Below, piece after piece: positions 50,173 through 59,529 of a DNA stretch of 64,000 bases (the first letter of the stretch is position 1; every line of letters begins with the position of its first letter). Location: sequence record LC373201.2. The stretch is one strand, 5' to 3'. This DNA comes from Enterobacter phage EspM4VN. The notes under the pieces were generated by a model that worked only from the letters and a program-made list of their open reading frames with translations, had not been told where the DNA came from and did no database searches. The translations under genes were made by a program, and so were the position numbers.

Positions 50173-50384
50173 TAGATTTTCAAATCCAGATTTCCATTAC
50201 CGCTACCACGCAGCAGGCCGTCTTCGGTCTTGTCGTTGGAGTTCCACCACTCAATGAAGTCTGTGCCATCCACTTCCTTCACCAGACCGACAATGTCGTA
50301 ATCACCGCCTCCAATCTTGGCGTCCACACAGATGATTCGGACGCGACGACCGCTTCGAACTTCTTTGATGTCTTCCACTTGCAT
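50172..50384 (-). CDS. antisense-oriented small protein (70 aa) inside the neck gene cluster
   Basis: Minus-strand ORF with a GAGGAA RBS, flanked by a plus-strand terminator and a late promoter. T4 has no counterpart between gp13 and gp14. Confidence 0.45.
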   Translation of the reverse strand: MQVEDIKEVRSGRRVRIICVDAKIGGGDYDIVGLVKEVDGTDFIEWWNSNDKTEDGLLRGSGNGNLDLKI

Positions 50385-50413
50385 GAGCTATTCCTCAAAA
50401 GAATAAACTTCGA

Positions 50414-50440
50414 CTAAATACCTTCAAAATTGAGGGTATT
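50414..50440 (+). promoter_or_regulatory. late promoter CTAAATACCTTC with a downstream inverted complement GAGGGTATT
   Basis: Same promoter-plus-hairpin architecture as at 33377 and 38604. Confidence 0.45.
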
Positions 50441-50443
50441 GAT

Positions 50444-51094
50444 ATGGCCACTTCAAAATATTTCAACTACACCGGACACAACGGCACACAGAAGCTGATT
50501 GATGACCTCGTGCAGGAAATGATCGAGTTGCGTGGGATAGACGTCAAGTATATACCACGTTCCATCGTTGAAAAATTTCCCATCACCAACGATGCTAACC
50601 ATCGATTCGACCAAGCGTTCGACATCGAAGTTTACATGCAGGATTACCAGGGCTTCAACACCCAGATGTGGGAGAAGTTCGGGGGCATTAGTCTACAGGA
50701 TGAGGTGACGTTCACCATATCCCGTCGTCGTTTTTCTGAAGTAATCGCCAATGGTGTTGGCCTGGAGCAACAGCCTCAGGAAGGTGACCTGATCTATCTA
50801 CCATTGGCGAACAAGATCTTCAAGGTCAACAACCCGAACAACGATGAAGACTTCATGCAATTTGGCAAATGGTATACGTTCTCTCTGCCATGCACGTTGT
50901 TCCAGTACGGCAACGAAAACTTCGACACAGGCGTTCCAGAGATCGACGATATCGACAAGCGCCTGTCCATCTTGGACGAAGAGAACGAACCGGATGTGTA
51001 CAAAGATTCTTCTCTGCAGACCGACAATGCTCTGGCGGATGTGCTTGAGCAGGGGCTTGCAGTAGACAAGATGAAGATCGACTTTGGAGAATAA
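50444..51094 (+). CDS. neck protein (gp14-like, by synteny)
   Basis: 216 aa. Position between gp13-like and gp15-like genes. No motif checked. Confidence 0.45.
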   Translation: MATSKYFNYTGHNGTQKLIDDLVQEMIELRGIDVKYIPRSIVEKFPITNDANHRFDQAFDIEVYMQDYQGFNTQMWEKFGGISLQDEVTFTISRRRFSEVIANGVGLEQQPQEGDLIYLPLANKIFKVNNPNNDEDFMQFGKWYTFSLPCTLFQYGNENFDTGVPEIDDIDKRLSILDEENEPDVYKDSSLQTDNALADVLEQGLAVDKMKIDFGE

Positions 51095-51096
51095 TC

Positions 51097-51792
51097 ATGG
51101 CCAGACCATTTGAAAATTACTTCTACCATGAGTCGCTGCTGAAATACATCAATCTGTTCGCCACCATCATGTCTGATCTGAAGGTGGACACAGAGCGCGG
51201 TCTTATGGAAGTCCCGTTACACATGGCCATCGGGCGACGCAATGACCTCAATCGCAACGTGCCGTCCAATATGTTGCCGTTTGCGACGTTCAGCTTTGGG
51301 CAATTTGAACCGAATAAGAACGTGACGAAGTCATTCCACAACCGCCAGAGCACCCAGACAGCAGGGGCGAAGCAACGCATCCCCATCAATATCGATTTTG
51401 AGTACAACATTCGGACGAAGAAATTGATCGAGATGCTTCAGGTGTTGGAACAGATCTATTCTGTGTTCACGCCATCTCTGGACTGCGCTATCAAGGACAA
51501 CGATACACTACAGCAAGACCAGAAGATCAAGCTGCAGCTGACAGGTCACCAGATGTCCGACAACTGGGAGGGAGACGCTTCCGAATCACCACATGTTGAT
51601 TGCACTTTCACCTTCGTGGTCAGTGGGTTCATCTATGGATACGACTATTGGGTGGACAACGGCGGCGGTGGGGATCCTAACGGGATCAAAGAGATAATTA
51701 TCGAAATGTCTAATGATTTGAAAACGCCGTGGTCGGAACTGCCAGAGTGGTTCCGCGTCGATAAAGACGGTGTACATCATCCTGGAGATTGA
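51097..51792 (+). CDS. tail completion/sheath stabiliser (gp15-like, by synteny)
   Basis: 231 aa; gene order matches T4 gp13-14-15-16-17. Confidence 0.45.
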   Translation: MARPFENYFYHESLLKYINLFATIMSDLKVDTERGLMEVPLHMAIGRRNDLNRNVPSNMLPFATFSFGQFEPNKNVTKSFHNRQSTQTAGAKQRIPINIDFEYNIRTKKLIEMLQVLEQIYSVFTPSLDCAIKDNDTLQQDQKIKLQLTGHQMSDNWEGDASESPHVDCTFTFVVSGFIYGYDYWVDNGGGGDPNGIKEIIIEMSNDLKTPWSELPEWFRVDKDGVHHPGD

Positions 51793-52490
51793 TTATGAGT
51801 GCTATGTCAGAACGCCTATTGTCCACCCTCGGTGCTATCCAAGCGCGGGATGAGGTCGCTCAGGAAGTGATGGAGAAGACCGCGCCTGTGGCTGGGAAAG
51901 ATTATGATCCAGATACTGGAGTGTGGTTGGGTGAAAAGCCTGCAGGGTATGAGCCTGTGGTGTTCCCTCCTTCTCTGGACCCAGAAGAGCTGAAGTCCAA
52001 GGATTCCAAAGTCCCAGACTTTGACGACACGGACGCCACCACGGATTACAAACGCATCCGCGACACGACTTACGCCATGCAGGAAGCCACGATGTTCATG
52101 ATGGGACAGGCGGCCAAACTCGCGACGACCACAGAAGCGCCTCGGGCGTTTACAGTCTTCAAGGAGTTGGGTGAACTCATGCGCGGCCTGAACAAAGACT
52201 TGATGGAGAACCAGAAGACCATCAAGGCAGTTACAGGCGACAAAGAGCCTCCAACAGATGACACGACTGTCGAGGTCACAACATCTCCAGATGGTGCAAC
52301 CAAGGTTACAGTCGGGAAACAGGCGCGTTCTTCTCGAGATCTACTCAAGACAATCGAGGATGCCAAGAAGCGTGCTGACGAGCGTACTCAGTCCAAGGTT
52401 AAGCCGAACGAAGAAGTGATAGACGTTCAGGCTGAACAACCTGTGGAACCGAAGGATGAAGGTGAAGACAATGGCGTATCAGAAGCGTGA
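51789..52490 (+). CDS. terminase small subunit (gp16-like, by synteny)
   Basis: 233 aa ORF immediately upstream of, and overlapping, the large terminase. Confidence 0.45.
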   Translation: MIMSAMSERLLSTLGAIQARDEVAQEVMEKTAPVAGKDYDPDTGVWLGEKPAGYEPVVFPPSLDPEELKSKDSKVPDFDDTDATTDYKRIRDTTYAMQEATMFMMGQAAKLATTTEAPRAFTVFKELGELMRGLNKDLMENQKTIKAVTGDKEPPTDDTTVEVTTSPDGATKVTVGKQARSSRDLLKTIEDAKKRADERTQSKVKPNEEVIDVQAEQPVEPKDEGEDNGVSEA

Positions 52491-54681
52491 TATAGAATAT
52501 GCCCCGCTCAAGACGGGGTTCAAGATAGAAGACGTCAAATTGCGTATGGACCAAACGTTCATGCGCAAGCCGTCTGTGCGCGCCCCTCGTGTCCAGTTGA
52601 TGTTGACAGATGAGCAGGAAGATGAATTCGTCGAATGCGCGATGGATGCCCATTACTTCGCTGCCAACTACTACAAGATCACGACTATCGATAAAGGCTT
52701 CATCCTATTCGATATGCACGACTATCAGAAGCAGTTGTTCCATGACTTCCAGGATCACCGCTTCAACGCCGTTGTCCAGGCACGTCAGTCAGGTAAATGT
52801 GTGAAGGGTGACAGCATCGTCGAGGTCTACGACACAGTCAGCCAAGAAGAGTTTAAAGTCACCATCGAGGAGCTTCACAGCCGCTTCGAGGGACCGAACC
52901 ACGCCGAGCCACTGAACGCCTTTGGCAAACACGATAAGTTCGTAGACAGCCGCTTCGGCAAGCGTTATTTCGTTCGCTGTGATATAGGCTGGGTGCCTGT
53001 CATCGCCGCGCACAAGACCAAGCAGTATCAGGAATATGTTGTCGTCACTTCCAGCGGCCGTCGTATCAACGTGGCCGATGATCACATGTTCTTCAATCAG
53101 AATATGAAGGAAGTGTTTGCCAAAGATCTGGTTGCTGGTTCACAGCTGATGACCGAAGAAGGTCTAGAAGAAGTCGTTGAGGTATGGCAGACTGGTGAGA
53201 TGCACCACATGTATGACCTACAGGTGAAATCCAGCGACCAGCGCTACTACACCAACGGCTTCCTCAGTCATAACACGACTGTTGTGGCTGCGTTCCTTCT
53301 CTGGTATGCGATGTTCCACTCTGACAAAGAGATCGCGGTACTGGCGAACAAAGAGAAGCAGGCGATTGAAATCCTTGACCGTATTCGTAAGGCGTATCAG
53401 GATTTGCCATTCTTCATCCAGCAGGGCTGTGAGAAGTTCGGCTCCACGCTCATCGAATTCGAGAACGGCTCGAAGATATACGCCTATGCAACATCTTCTG
53501 ACTCCATCCGTGGTCGATCTGTATCGCTCCTGTATGTGGACGAAGTGGCGTTCATCGAAAACGACTTTGAATTCTGGGAGTCAACATTCCCTGCGATTGC
53601 ATCTGCAGAGACTTCACGTTGTATCCTGACCAGTACACCGAAAGGCCAGCGCGGGTTGTTCTACGACATCGTCACCAAGGCGAACCCAGAACATCCTCAG
53701 TACAACGACTTCAATCTCACAGAGGTTCCATGGTATCGTGTGCCAACATACACCAAGGATCCAAACTGGGAATCCAAGCAGAGGGCGAAGCTGGGCGATG
53801 CACGTTTCGATCAGGAATTTGGCATCAAGTTCCGTGGGTCGGTCGGTTCACTTATCCCGGCCAAGTGCCTGGACAAGATGACCTCGAAGCTGTATCAGGA
53901 GCCGAACGAGTTCACCAAGATCTATCACGACTACGATCCGAAGCGAATCTATATGGGTATCGCAGATACAGGCAAGGGCGTCGAGGGGGATTATTCTGTG
54001 CTGACCATTATCGACATCACAGACTATCCTCACAAGATCGCAGCCAAGTATCGAAACAACACGATACCTCCAATGATGTATGCGTACACAATCGCCGATA
54101 TGGGCGAGAAGTATGGGACGTGTCCAATGTTGGTAGAAACCAACAACGACGTGGGTGGACAGGTAATCACAATTCTATATCAGGAAATTGAATATCCAGA
54201 GATCATCTTCACCACAACAGATGCGAAGGGTACTGGTAAGCGAATCGGCGGTAGGCGGCCTGAACCTGGTATCAACACCAACAAGAAGGTGCGCACAAAC
54301 GGCTGTGCCAACCTGAAAGCCCTGATCGAAAGGGAGATGCTGGTTGTTGACGATCAAGACACGATAGATGAACTCAGTACATTCGTATGGACTGGGACAA
54401 GGTATGAAGCCGATGATGGTTGTCATGATGACTGTGTAATGCCTCTTGTGCTGTATGCATGGGCGGTGAAACAAGAATGGTTTAGTGACCTCACCAATTC
54501 CAGTATCTCAGTCGACATGAGAGGCCGCTTGTCTGCGATGGAAGAATCGCAGATGATGCCTTTCGGTGGTGTGTTGTCGGCTCCTGATCCGTTCTCTGTG
54601 GAGAGTGTGCCAGGATTTGGTGGCGTGCAGGTTTATGACGAACGTTCTGGCATGTCCATGGAAGAATGGCTGAGACGGTGA
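52471..54681 (+). CDS. terminase large subunit (T4 gp17-like) interrupted by a mini-intein
   Basis: Exteins give QARQSGK|TTVVAAFLLWYAMF, matching the T4 gp17 Walker A SRQLGKTTVVAIFLAHF. The C-terminal nuclease region is conserved. Start at 52471 (MAYQK) is preferred by RBS spacing. Confidence 0.85.
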   Translation: MAYQKRDIEYAPLKTGFKIEDVKLRMDQTFMRKPSVRAPRVQLMLTDEQEDEFVECAMDAHYFAANYYKITTIDKGFILFDMHDYQKQLFHDFQDHRFNAVVQARQSGKCVKGDSIVEVYDTVSQEEFKVTIEELHSRFEGPNHAEPLNAFGKHDKFVDSRFGKRYFVRCDIGWVPVIAAHKTKQYQEYVVVTSSGRRINVADDHMFFNQNMKEVFAKDLVAGSQLMTEEGLEEVVEVWQTGEMHHMYDLQVKSSDQRYYTNGFLSHNTTVVAAFLLWYAMFHSDKEIAVLANKEKQAIEILDRIRKAYQDLPFFIQQGCEKFGSTLIEFENGSKIYAYATSSDSIRGRSVSLLYVDEVAFIENDFEFWESTFPAIASAETSRCILTSTPKGQRGLFYDIVTKANPEHPQYNDFNLTEVPWYRVPTYTKDPNWESKQRAKLGDARFDQEFGIKFRGSVGSLIPAKCLDKMTSKLYQEPNEFTKIYHDYDPKRIYMGIADTGKGVEGDYSVLTIIDITDYPHKIAAKYRNNTIPPMMYAYTIADMGEKYGTCPMLVETNNDVGGQVITILYQEIEYPEIIFTTTDAKGTGKRIGGRRPEPGINTNKKVRTNGCANLKALIEREMLVVDDQDTIDELSTFVWTGTRYEADDGCHDDCVMPLVLYAWAVKQEWFSDLTNSSISVDMRGRLSAMEESQMMPFGGVLSAPDPFSVESVPGFGGVQVYDERSGMSMEEWLRR
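52798..53274 (+). other. mini-intein (159 aa) inserted in the terminase Walker A P-loop
   Basis: Begins with Cys (CVKGDSIVEV, block A). Block B is INVADDHMF. Ends LSHN followed by a +1 Thr (block G). There is no homing-endonuclease-sized insert. Removing it restores a canonical P-loop. Confidence 0.7.
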
Positions 54682-54684
54682 TCA

Positions 54685-54695
54685 CTAAATATCTT
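54685..54695 (+). promoter_or_regulatory. late promoter motif CTAAATATCTT
   Basis: About 40 nt upstream of the sheath gene start. Confidence 0.45.
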
Positions 54696-54733
54696 TCAAA
54701 TTGAGCGAAACTCTACCGAGAAGGAATAAGATT

Positions 54734-56632
54734 ATGGCAACTACAAGCTTCAGCGTTGCGCCGTCCGTACAGTGGACGGAGCGTGATGCCACGCTTCAGA
54801 CGTCTCCGTCCGTTGTTGTTCAGGGCGCGACTGTTGGTAAATTCCAGTGGGGTGAAGTTGAACTCCCTGTGCTGGTTACTGGTGGTGAGACTGGTCTGGT
54901 GAAGAAATTCTTCAAACCTAACGATGACACTGCTGTCGACTTCCTGGTCGTGGCGGACTTCCTGTCCTATAGTTCTGTGGCATGGGTCACCCGTGTTGTC
55001 GGACCTCTGGCCAAGAACTCTGTGACCAAAGGCCAAACGGCGATCACCATCAAGAACAAATTGGACTTTGAATCAGCAAGCCCATCAGCATCTATCACCT
55101 GGACTGGTCGCTACCCTGGTTCTCTGGGTAACGATGTGGCGGTGAACATTTGTGACGCTGCGTCTTTCTCTACTTGGGAATTCCGCAACAACTTCGCTTA
55201 TGCTCCGCAGGCTGGTGAATACCACATTGTCGTTCTGGACAAAGTAGGTCGCATTACCAACTCTTCTGGTGCTGTTGGTCAGGTTGAGCGTATCTCCCTG
55301 TCCGGTACTGCGACCGCTGATGGCAACATCACCGTCGATGGCGTGGCTTACGACTTCCTGACTGGTGATACAGCGGCCGAGATTGCTGCTCAGCTGGGCA
55401 CTGATCTGGCGGCTCTGACAAACAAGTTCACCAACGTGGTAGCCAAGTCCAACACTGTGACTTTCACTCGCGTTGACATCGGTCCACAGACTGCAATTGC
55501 TGTTTCTGTTGAAGCCTCCAAAGGCATCACCATCGGCAACGTTGTAACCACTGTTGGTACTTCCGGCTCCATCATCGAGAAGTATGAACTGATGCAGCAG
55601 ACCCAGGGTTCTAAGAAATCCGACGGCGCGAATGCATACTTCAAAGATGTGATCAACGACACGTCCAACTGGGTGTATGTCTTCACCGATACTCTGGCGG
55701 CTGGCGTGACCGAGCTGGAAGGTGGTGTTGACGATTACGATGTGAACCGCGTGGCGGCCATCGAAGTTCTGAACAACGCAGAAGCCTACGCCGCCAAACC
55801 AGTGTTCGCATACTGTGAAGAACTCATCGAGCAGCAGGCCATCATCGATCTGTCCACCGAGCGCAAAGACACCGTGTCCTTCGTTTCTCCACTGCGAGAT
55901 AACGTTGTTGGCAACCGTGGTCGTGAGATGGATGATGTTGTGGCCTGGCGTGAAAGCCTGGTGCGCGACTCCTCCTACTTCTTCATGGATGACAACTGGG
56001 CGTATGTGTACGACAAGTACAACGACAAGATGCGTTGGATCCCTGCTTGTGGCGGTACGGCGGGTGTTTGGGCACGCAGCATTGAGCTGGCTGGTATCTA
56101 CAAGTCTCCGGCGTTCCATAACCGTGGCAAATACAACAACTACAACCGTATGGCGTGGTCTGCGTCTTCTGATGAGCGTGCTGTCCTGTATCGCAACCAG
56201 ATCAACAGCATCGTTACCTTCTCCACCGAAGGCATCGTGCTGTATGGCGACAAGACTGGCCTGACCCGCCCATCTGCGTTCGATCGCATCAACGTTCGCG
56301 GCCTGTTCATCATGGCAGAACAGAACATCGCTGCAATCGCCAAATACTACCTTGGTGAAAACAACGATGAGTTCACTCGCAGCCTGTTCAGCAACGCAGT
56401 GCGTCCGTATCTGCGCCAGCTGACCAACATGGGTGCGATCTATGACGGTACTGTCAAGTGTGATGCAGACAACAACACTGCCGATATCATCGCTGCGAAC
56501 CAGATGGTTGCGGGTATCTGGATGAAACCAGAATACTCTATCAACTGGGTGTACCTGGACTTCGCTGCTGTTCGTCCGGATATGGAGTTCAGCGAGATCG
56601 AAACGGGTGGTGGCATCGTAGCCGCATCCTGA
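54734..56632 (+). CDS. tail sheath protein (T4 gp18-like)
   Basis: GKFQWGEV near the N-terminus. IVLYGDKTGLTRPSAFDRINVRGLF parallels gp18 YVLYGDKTATSVPSPFDRINVRRLF. Confidence 0.85.
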   Translation: MATTSFSVAPSVQWTERDATLQTSPSVVVQGATVGKFQWGEVELPVLVTGGETGLVKKFFKPNDDTAVDFLVVADFLSYSSVAWVTRVVGPLAKNSVTKGQTAITIKNKLDFESASPSASITWTGRYPGSLGNDVAVNICDAASFSTWEFRNNFAYAPQAGEYHIVVLDKVGRITNSSGAVGQVERISLSGTATADGNITVDGVAYDFLTGDTAAEIAAQLGTDLAALTNKFTNVVAKSNTVTFTRVDIGPQTAIAVSVEASKGITIGNVVTTVGTSGSIIEKYELMQQTQGSKKSDGANAYFKDVINDTSNWVYVFTDTLAAGVTELEGGVDDYDVNRVAAIEVLNNAEAYAAKPVFAYCEELIEQQAIIDLSTERKDTVSFVSPLRDNVVGNRGREMDDVVAWRESLVRDSSYFFMDDNWAYVYDKYNDKMRWIPACGGTAGVWARSIELAGIYKSPAFHNRGKYNNYNRMAWSASSDERAVLYRNQINSIVTFSTEGIVLYGDKTGLTRPSAFDRINVRGLFIMAEQNIAAIAKYYLGENNDEFTRSLFSNAVRPYLRQLTNMGAIYDGTVKCDADNNTADIIAANQMVAGIWMKPEYSINWVYLDFAAVRPDMEFSEIETGGGIVAAS

Positions 56633-56637
56633 TAAGA

Positions 56638-56656
56638 AAGCCCGCTCCGGCGGGCA
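56638..56656 (+). terminator. terminator-like hairpin GCCCGCtccgGCGGGC
   Basis: Perfect stem after the sheath stop. Confidence 0.45.
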
Positions 56657-56660
56657 ATTT

Positions 56661-56668
56661 CTTTGAAG
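56661..56668 (+). promoter_or_regulatory. late promoter motif CTAAATAG
   Basis: About 40 nt upstream of the tube gene ATG at 56709. Confidence 0.4.
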
Positions 56669-56708
56669 ACCTAAATAGAATTGTGTAACTCTTTTTGGAG
56701 AATCTATA

Positions 56709-57241
56709 ATGGCTACAGTTAATGAATTTCGCGCGGCCATGTCACGTGGGGCGGCGTACAACGTCAGCACCGCTGGCGTGTGACCGTCAACTTCCCAGCT
56801 TTCGTAGCAGGTTCGGACACCATTCGTGACGTGTCCCTGTTGGCTGTAACGACCAACACCCCTACTGGTCAGCTGGGCGAGATCCTTGTGCCTTGGGGTG
56901 GTCGTGAACTTCCATTCCCTGGTGACCGTCGCTTCGAAGCACTGCCTATCACATTCATCAACGTGGTAGAGAACGGACCATACAATGCCTTTGAGGTCTG
57001 GCAGCAGTACATCAACGGTAGCAACAACAACCGTGCAAGCGCGAACGCTGACGACTACTTCCGTGACGTGATCATGGAGTTGCTGGACGCGAACGACAAC
57101 GTCACCAAGACCTGGACTCTGCAGGGGACCTGGCCTCAGAACCTCGGTCAGCTGGAACTGGATATGTCCGCGATGGACTCATATACTCAGTTCACTGTTG
57201 ATTTGCGCTACTTCCAAGCCATCTCTGACCGATCTCTCTAA
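56709..57241 (+). CDS. tail tube protein (T4 gp19-like), apparent frameshift near 56776-56783
   Basis: ATG at 56709 with a GGAGAA RBS gives MATVNEFRAAMSRGAAYNVSTAGV, then a TGA stop. The main frame starts 1 nt back with VTVNFPAF... through QGTWPQNLGQLELDMSAMDSYTQFTVDLRYF, matching gp19 GLWPTNVGELQLDWDSNNEIQTFEVTLALDYW. One inserted nucleotide fuses them. Confidence 0.75.
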
Positions 57242-57254
57242 TGTCCTCAGTGCT

Positions 57255-57274
57255 GGGGGAATCTTTATTCCCCC
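57255..57274 (+). terminator. terminator hairpin GGGGGAAtctttaTTCCCCC
   Basis: Perfect 7-bp stem after the tube stop. Confidence 0.45.
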
Positions 57275-57308
57275 TCACTAATTACAAGAAAATGTTGAGG
57301 ACTTAATC

Positions 57309-59000
57309 ATGGCATTCGGTAATGGTGCATTCGGTAACGGGTTCTTCGGTCTGTTCGGTACTGGCGGGAAGATTGAAGCCCCAGTAGACACCGACAAGCT
57401 GGTAACGAACCAAGAAGAGAAGTTGCTTTCTAAAGCAACTGTTGTTGCGCTGGACGATGCTCAGGATGGTTCTATCATCTTGCAGGGCGGTGCCAACACA
57501 TTCAATTTCGTAGGCGTTGAGAGTGAACTGCTCAGCGTCAAACAAGTCGTCGAAGAATACCAGTCTATGGCTCAGCAACCTGAGATCCGTAAGGCTGTCG
57601 ACATCATCGTGAACGACGTCGTCACCTGTGAAGAGGATGAGACGCCAGTCACCATCAATCTAGAGAAGGTTGAGGGGATCAATGACGCTCTGAAAGAGAA
57701 GATCAGCGATGCCTTCAAGGAAGTTCTTGAACTCATGGACTTCGACAACACCGCATACCAAAAGATCCGTCGCTGGTATGTAGAAGGTCGTCAGGCTTAC
57801 CATGTTGTTGTTGATCCCAAGAACAAGAAGAATGGTATCGCCAAGCTGGTGATGCTGGACTCTCGTTGTATCCGGCCTGTGTATATCGTTCAGAAAGAAC
57901 TTCGCGATGGCGTTGAAGTTATCAGCAATGTCAAACTTCAATACTACTACAATCCGAATTACAACCGCAATCAGTTCACTGGCCAGTCTGGCACTTCACA
58001 GAACTTTCAGCCGTCTCAGCAAGAACTGGTGTTTGATGAAGAAAGCATTGTCTACATCGACAGCGGTGAAGATCCATTGGCCAATGGGGTTATCCCAGGC
58101 CTGCTGAACCCTGCTATCCGTCCCCTGAACAACCTCGTTACAACTGAGGATGCGACGGTCATCTATGCCATCACACGTGCCCCTGAGAAGCGAGCGTTCT
58201 ATCTCGACGTGGGTACTCTGGGCAAGAAGTCTGCGGAAGAGTATATGCAGGCGATGATGGGTAAGTTCAAGAACCGTCTGGCGTATGACCGCACCACTGG
58301 TAAAGTAGCAGGCAACACCCATCTGATGGGTATCGCTGAAGACTACTGGTTGCCACGCCGTGAAGGTCAGAACGCAACGGAGATATCCAACGTAGGTGGT
58401 GGCGATCAGCTGGGTCAAATGGATCACGTAGTATACTTCCGCGAGAAGCTCTATGAGGCTCTGATGATCCCTAAGAGCCGTCTCCAAGAGGAAGGTTCCA
58501 TCAACATCGGCGGTTCCAATCTTGCTGAGATCACCCAGGAAGAACTGCGCTTCAACAAATTCTGTGCAGGCCTGCGTCGTCGTTATTCAGGATTCTTCCT
58601 TGAACTTCTTCGCCGTCAGCTGATCCTGAAGAACATCACCGACCAGACTGATTGGAACGAAAAGATCAAGCCGTTTGTCAAGTTCGAGTTCACTTCCGAC
58701 AGCTTCATTCGTGAGCAGCAGGAAAACGAAATCCTGGCGCAACGCATGTCTGCTCTTGGCCAGATCGAACCGTACATTGGCACTCTATTCTCTATCGATT
58801 ATGCTCAGCGCAATCTGCTGCGTATGTCTGACGAAGACATCAAAGAACAGCAAGAGAAGATCGCGCAAGAGAAGAAAGACGGGAAATATCCTGAAGTGCA
58901 GGCAGATGAATCCGGCGGCTTCGGCGGCGGCGAAGTCAGCCCACTGAAATTCAGACCTAACGTCATCCCAGCGCCAATCCAGCCTGGTGGTGAAGAATAA
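57309..59000 (+). CDS. portal protein (T4 gp20-like)
   Basis: IRRWYVEG, VIYAITRAPEKRAFYLDVG and AEDYWLPRREG parallel gp20 FRRWYVDS, VIYRITRAPDRRVWYVDTG and TEDYWLQRRDG. Confidence 0.85.
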   Translation: MAFGNGAFGNGFFGLFGTGGKIEAPVDTDKLVTNQEEKLLSKATVVALDDAQDGSIILQGGANTFNFVGVESELLSVKQVVEEYQSMAQQPEIRKAVDIIVNDVVTCEEDETPVTINLEKVEGINDALKEKISDAFKEVLELMDFDNTAYQKIRRWYVEGRQAYHVVVDPKNKKNGIAKLVMLDSRCIRPVYIVQKELRDGVEVISNVKLQYYYNPNYNRNQFTGQSGTSQNFQPSQQELVFDEESIVYIDSGEDPLANGVIPGLLNPAIRPLNNLVTTEDATVIYAITRAPEKRAFYLDVGTLGKKSAEEYMQAMMGKFKNRLAYDRTTGKVAGNTHLMGIAEDYWLPRREGQNATEISNVGGGDQLGQMDHVVYFREKLYEALMIPKSRLQEEGSINIGGSNLAEITQEELRFNKFCAGLRRRYSGFFLELLRRQLILKNITDQTDWNEKIKPFVKFEFTSDSFIREQQENEILAQRMSALGQIEPYIGTLFSIDYAQRNLLRMSDEDIKEQQEKIAQEKKDGKYPEVQADESGGFGGGEVSPLKFRPNVIPAPIQPGGEE

Positions 59001-59038
59001 TTCGACTAAGTATAGAAAACATTTGAGAGGATATGATC

Positions 59039-59206
59039 ATGGCCGCTATCGATCTGGTAAAAGCAATCATCGCTGGTGACACCGATGCTGCTGTTGCTGA
59101 ATGTCAAACTGAACTGTCTGCTCGCGCCCAGGAACTCGTTCAACAGGGCACCGCATATGTCATGAACTCTCTGAGTCAAGACATGTCTCCTGCGAAAGAC
59201 GAATAA
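59039..59206 (+). CDS. small protein (55 aa), candidate prohead core protein (gp67 position)
   Basis: Below the ORF cutoff. GAGAGG RBS. Sits between portal and protease as in T4. Confidence 0.35.
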   Translation: MAAIDLVKAIIAGDTDAAVAECQTELSARAQELVQQGTAYVMNSLSQDMSPAKDE

Positions 59207-59216
59207 GGAGAGCATC

Positions 59217-59522
59217 ATGGAAATCGAAGAAGTTGCGACATTCGCTGATTTCCTGGCTTCCCGCATGGACGAGCAGAAAGTCATTGACAAGGTGAATGCA
59301 AAAGGTAAACGCCGCCGCCGCCTGCAATGTGCTCCTGGTTTCAAATTGTCTGCAGATGGTTCTCGTTGTGAGGTTATGGTTGCCAGTGAGCGCCGTACTC
59401 GCAAGCTGGGCAACCGCAAGGCAATCCGAGCCAAGAAACGCATGGGCATGGGCTACAATCGCAAGATTGAGCGTCGTAAGAAGAAAGCGATGAAGTTCCG
59501 CAAAATGATGGGACTGAGTTAA
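59217..59522 (+). CDS. highly basic small protein (101 aa), candidate prohead core/internal protein
   Basis: AAGGAG RBS; R/K-rich; gp68 position. Confidence 0.45.
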   Translation: MEIEEVATFADFLASRMDEQKVIDKVNAKGKRRRRLQCAPGFKLSADGSRCEVMVASERRTRKLGNRKAIRAKKRMGMGYNRKIERRKKKAMKFRKMMGLS

Positions 59523-59529
59523 GGAGCGA

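Noticed and set aside
55085-56770. 561-aa minus-strand ORF
   Set aside because: It is antisense to the tail sheath gene, with R/V/T-rich shadow composition. Long antisense ORFs are expected in GC-balanced coding DNA.
56709-56790. Programmed -1 ribosomal frameshift in the tail tube gene
   Set aside because: There is no slippery heptamer or downstream pseudoknot. The same +1 nt requirement recurs in four unrelated genes, so sequencing indels are far more parsimonious.
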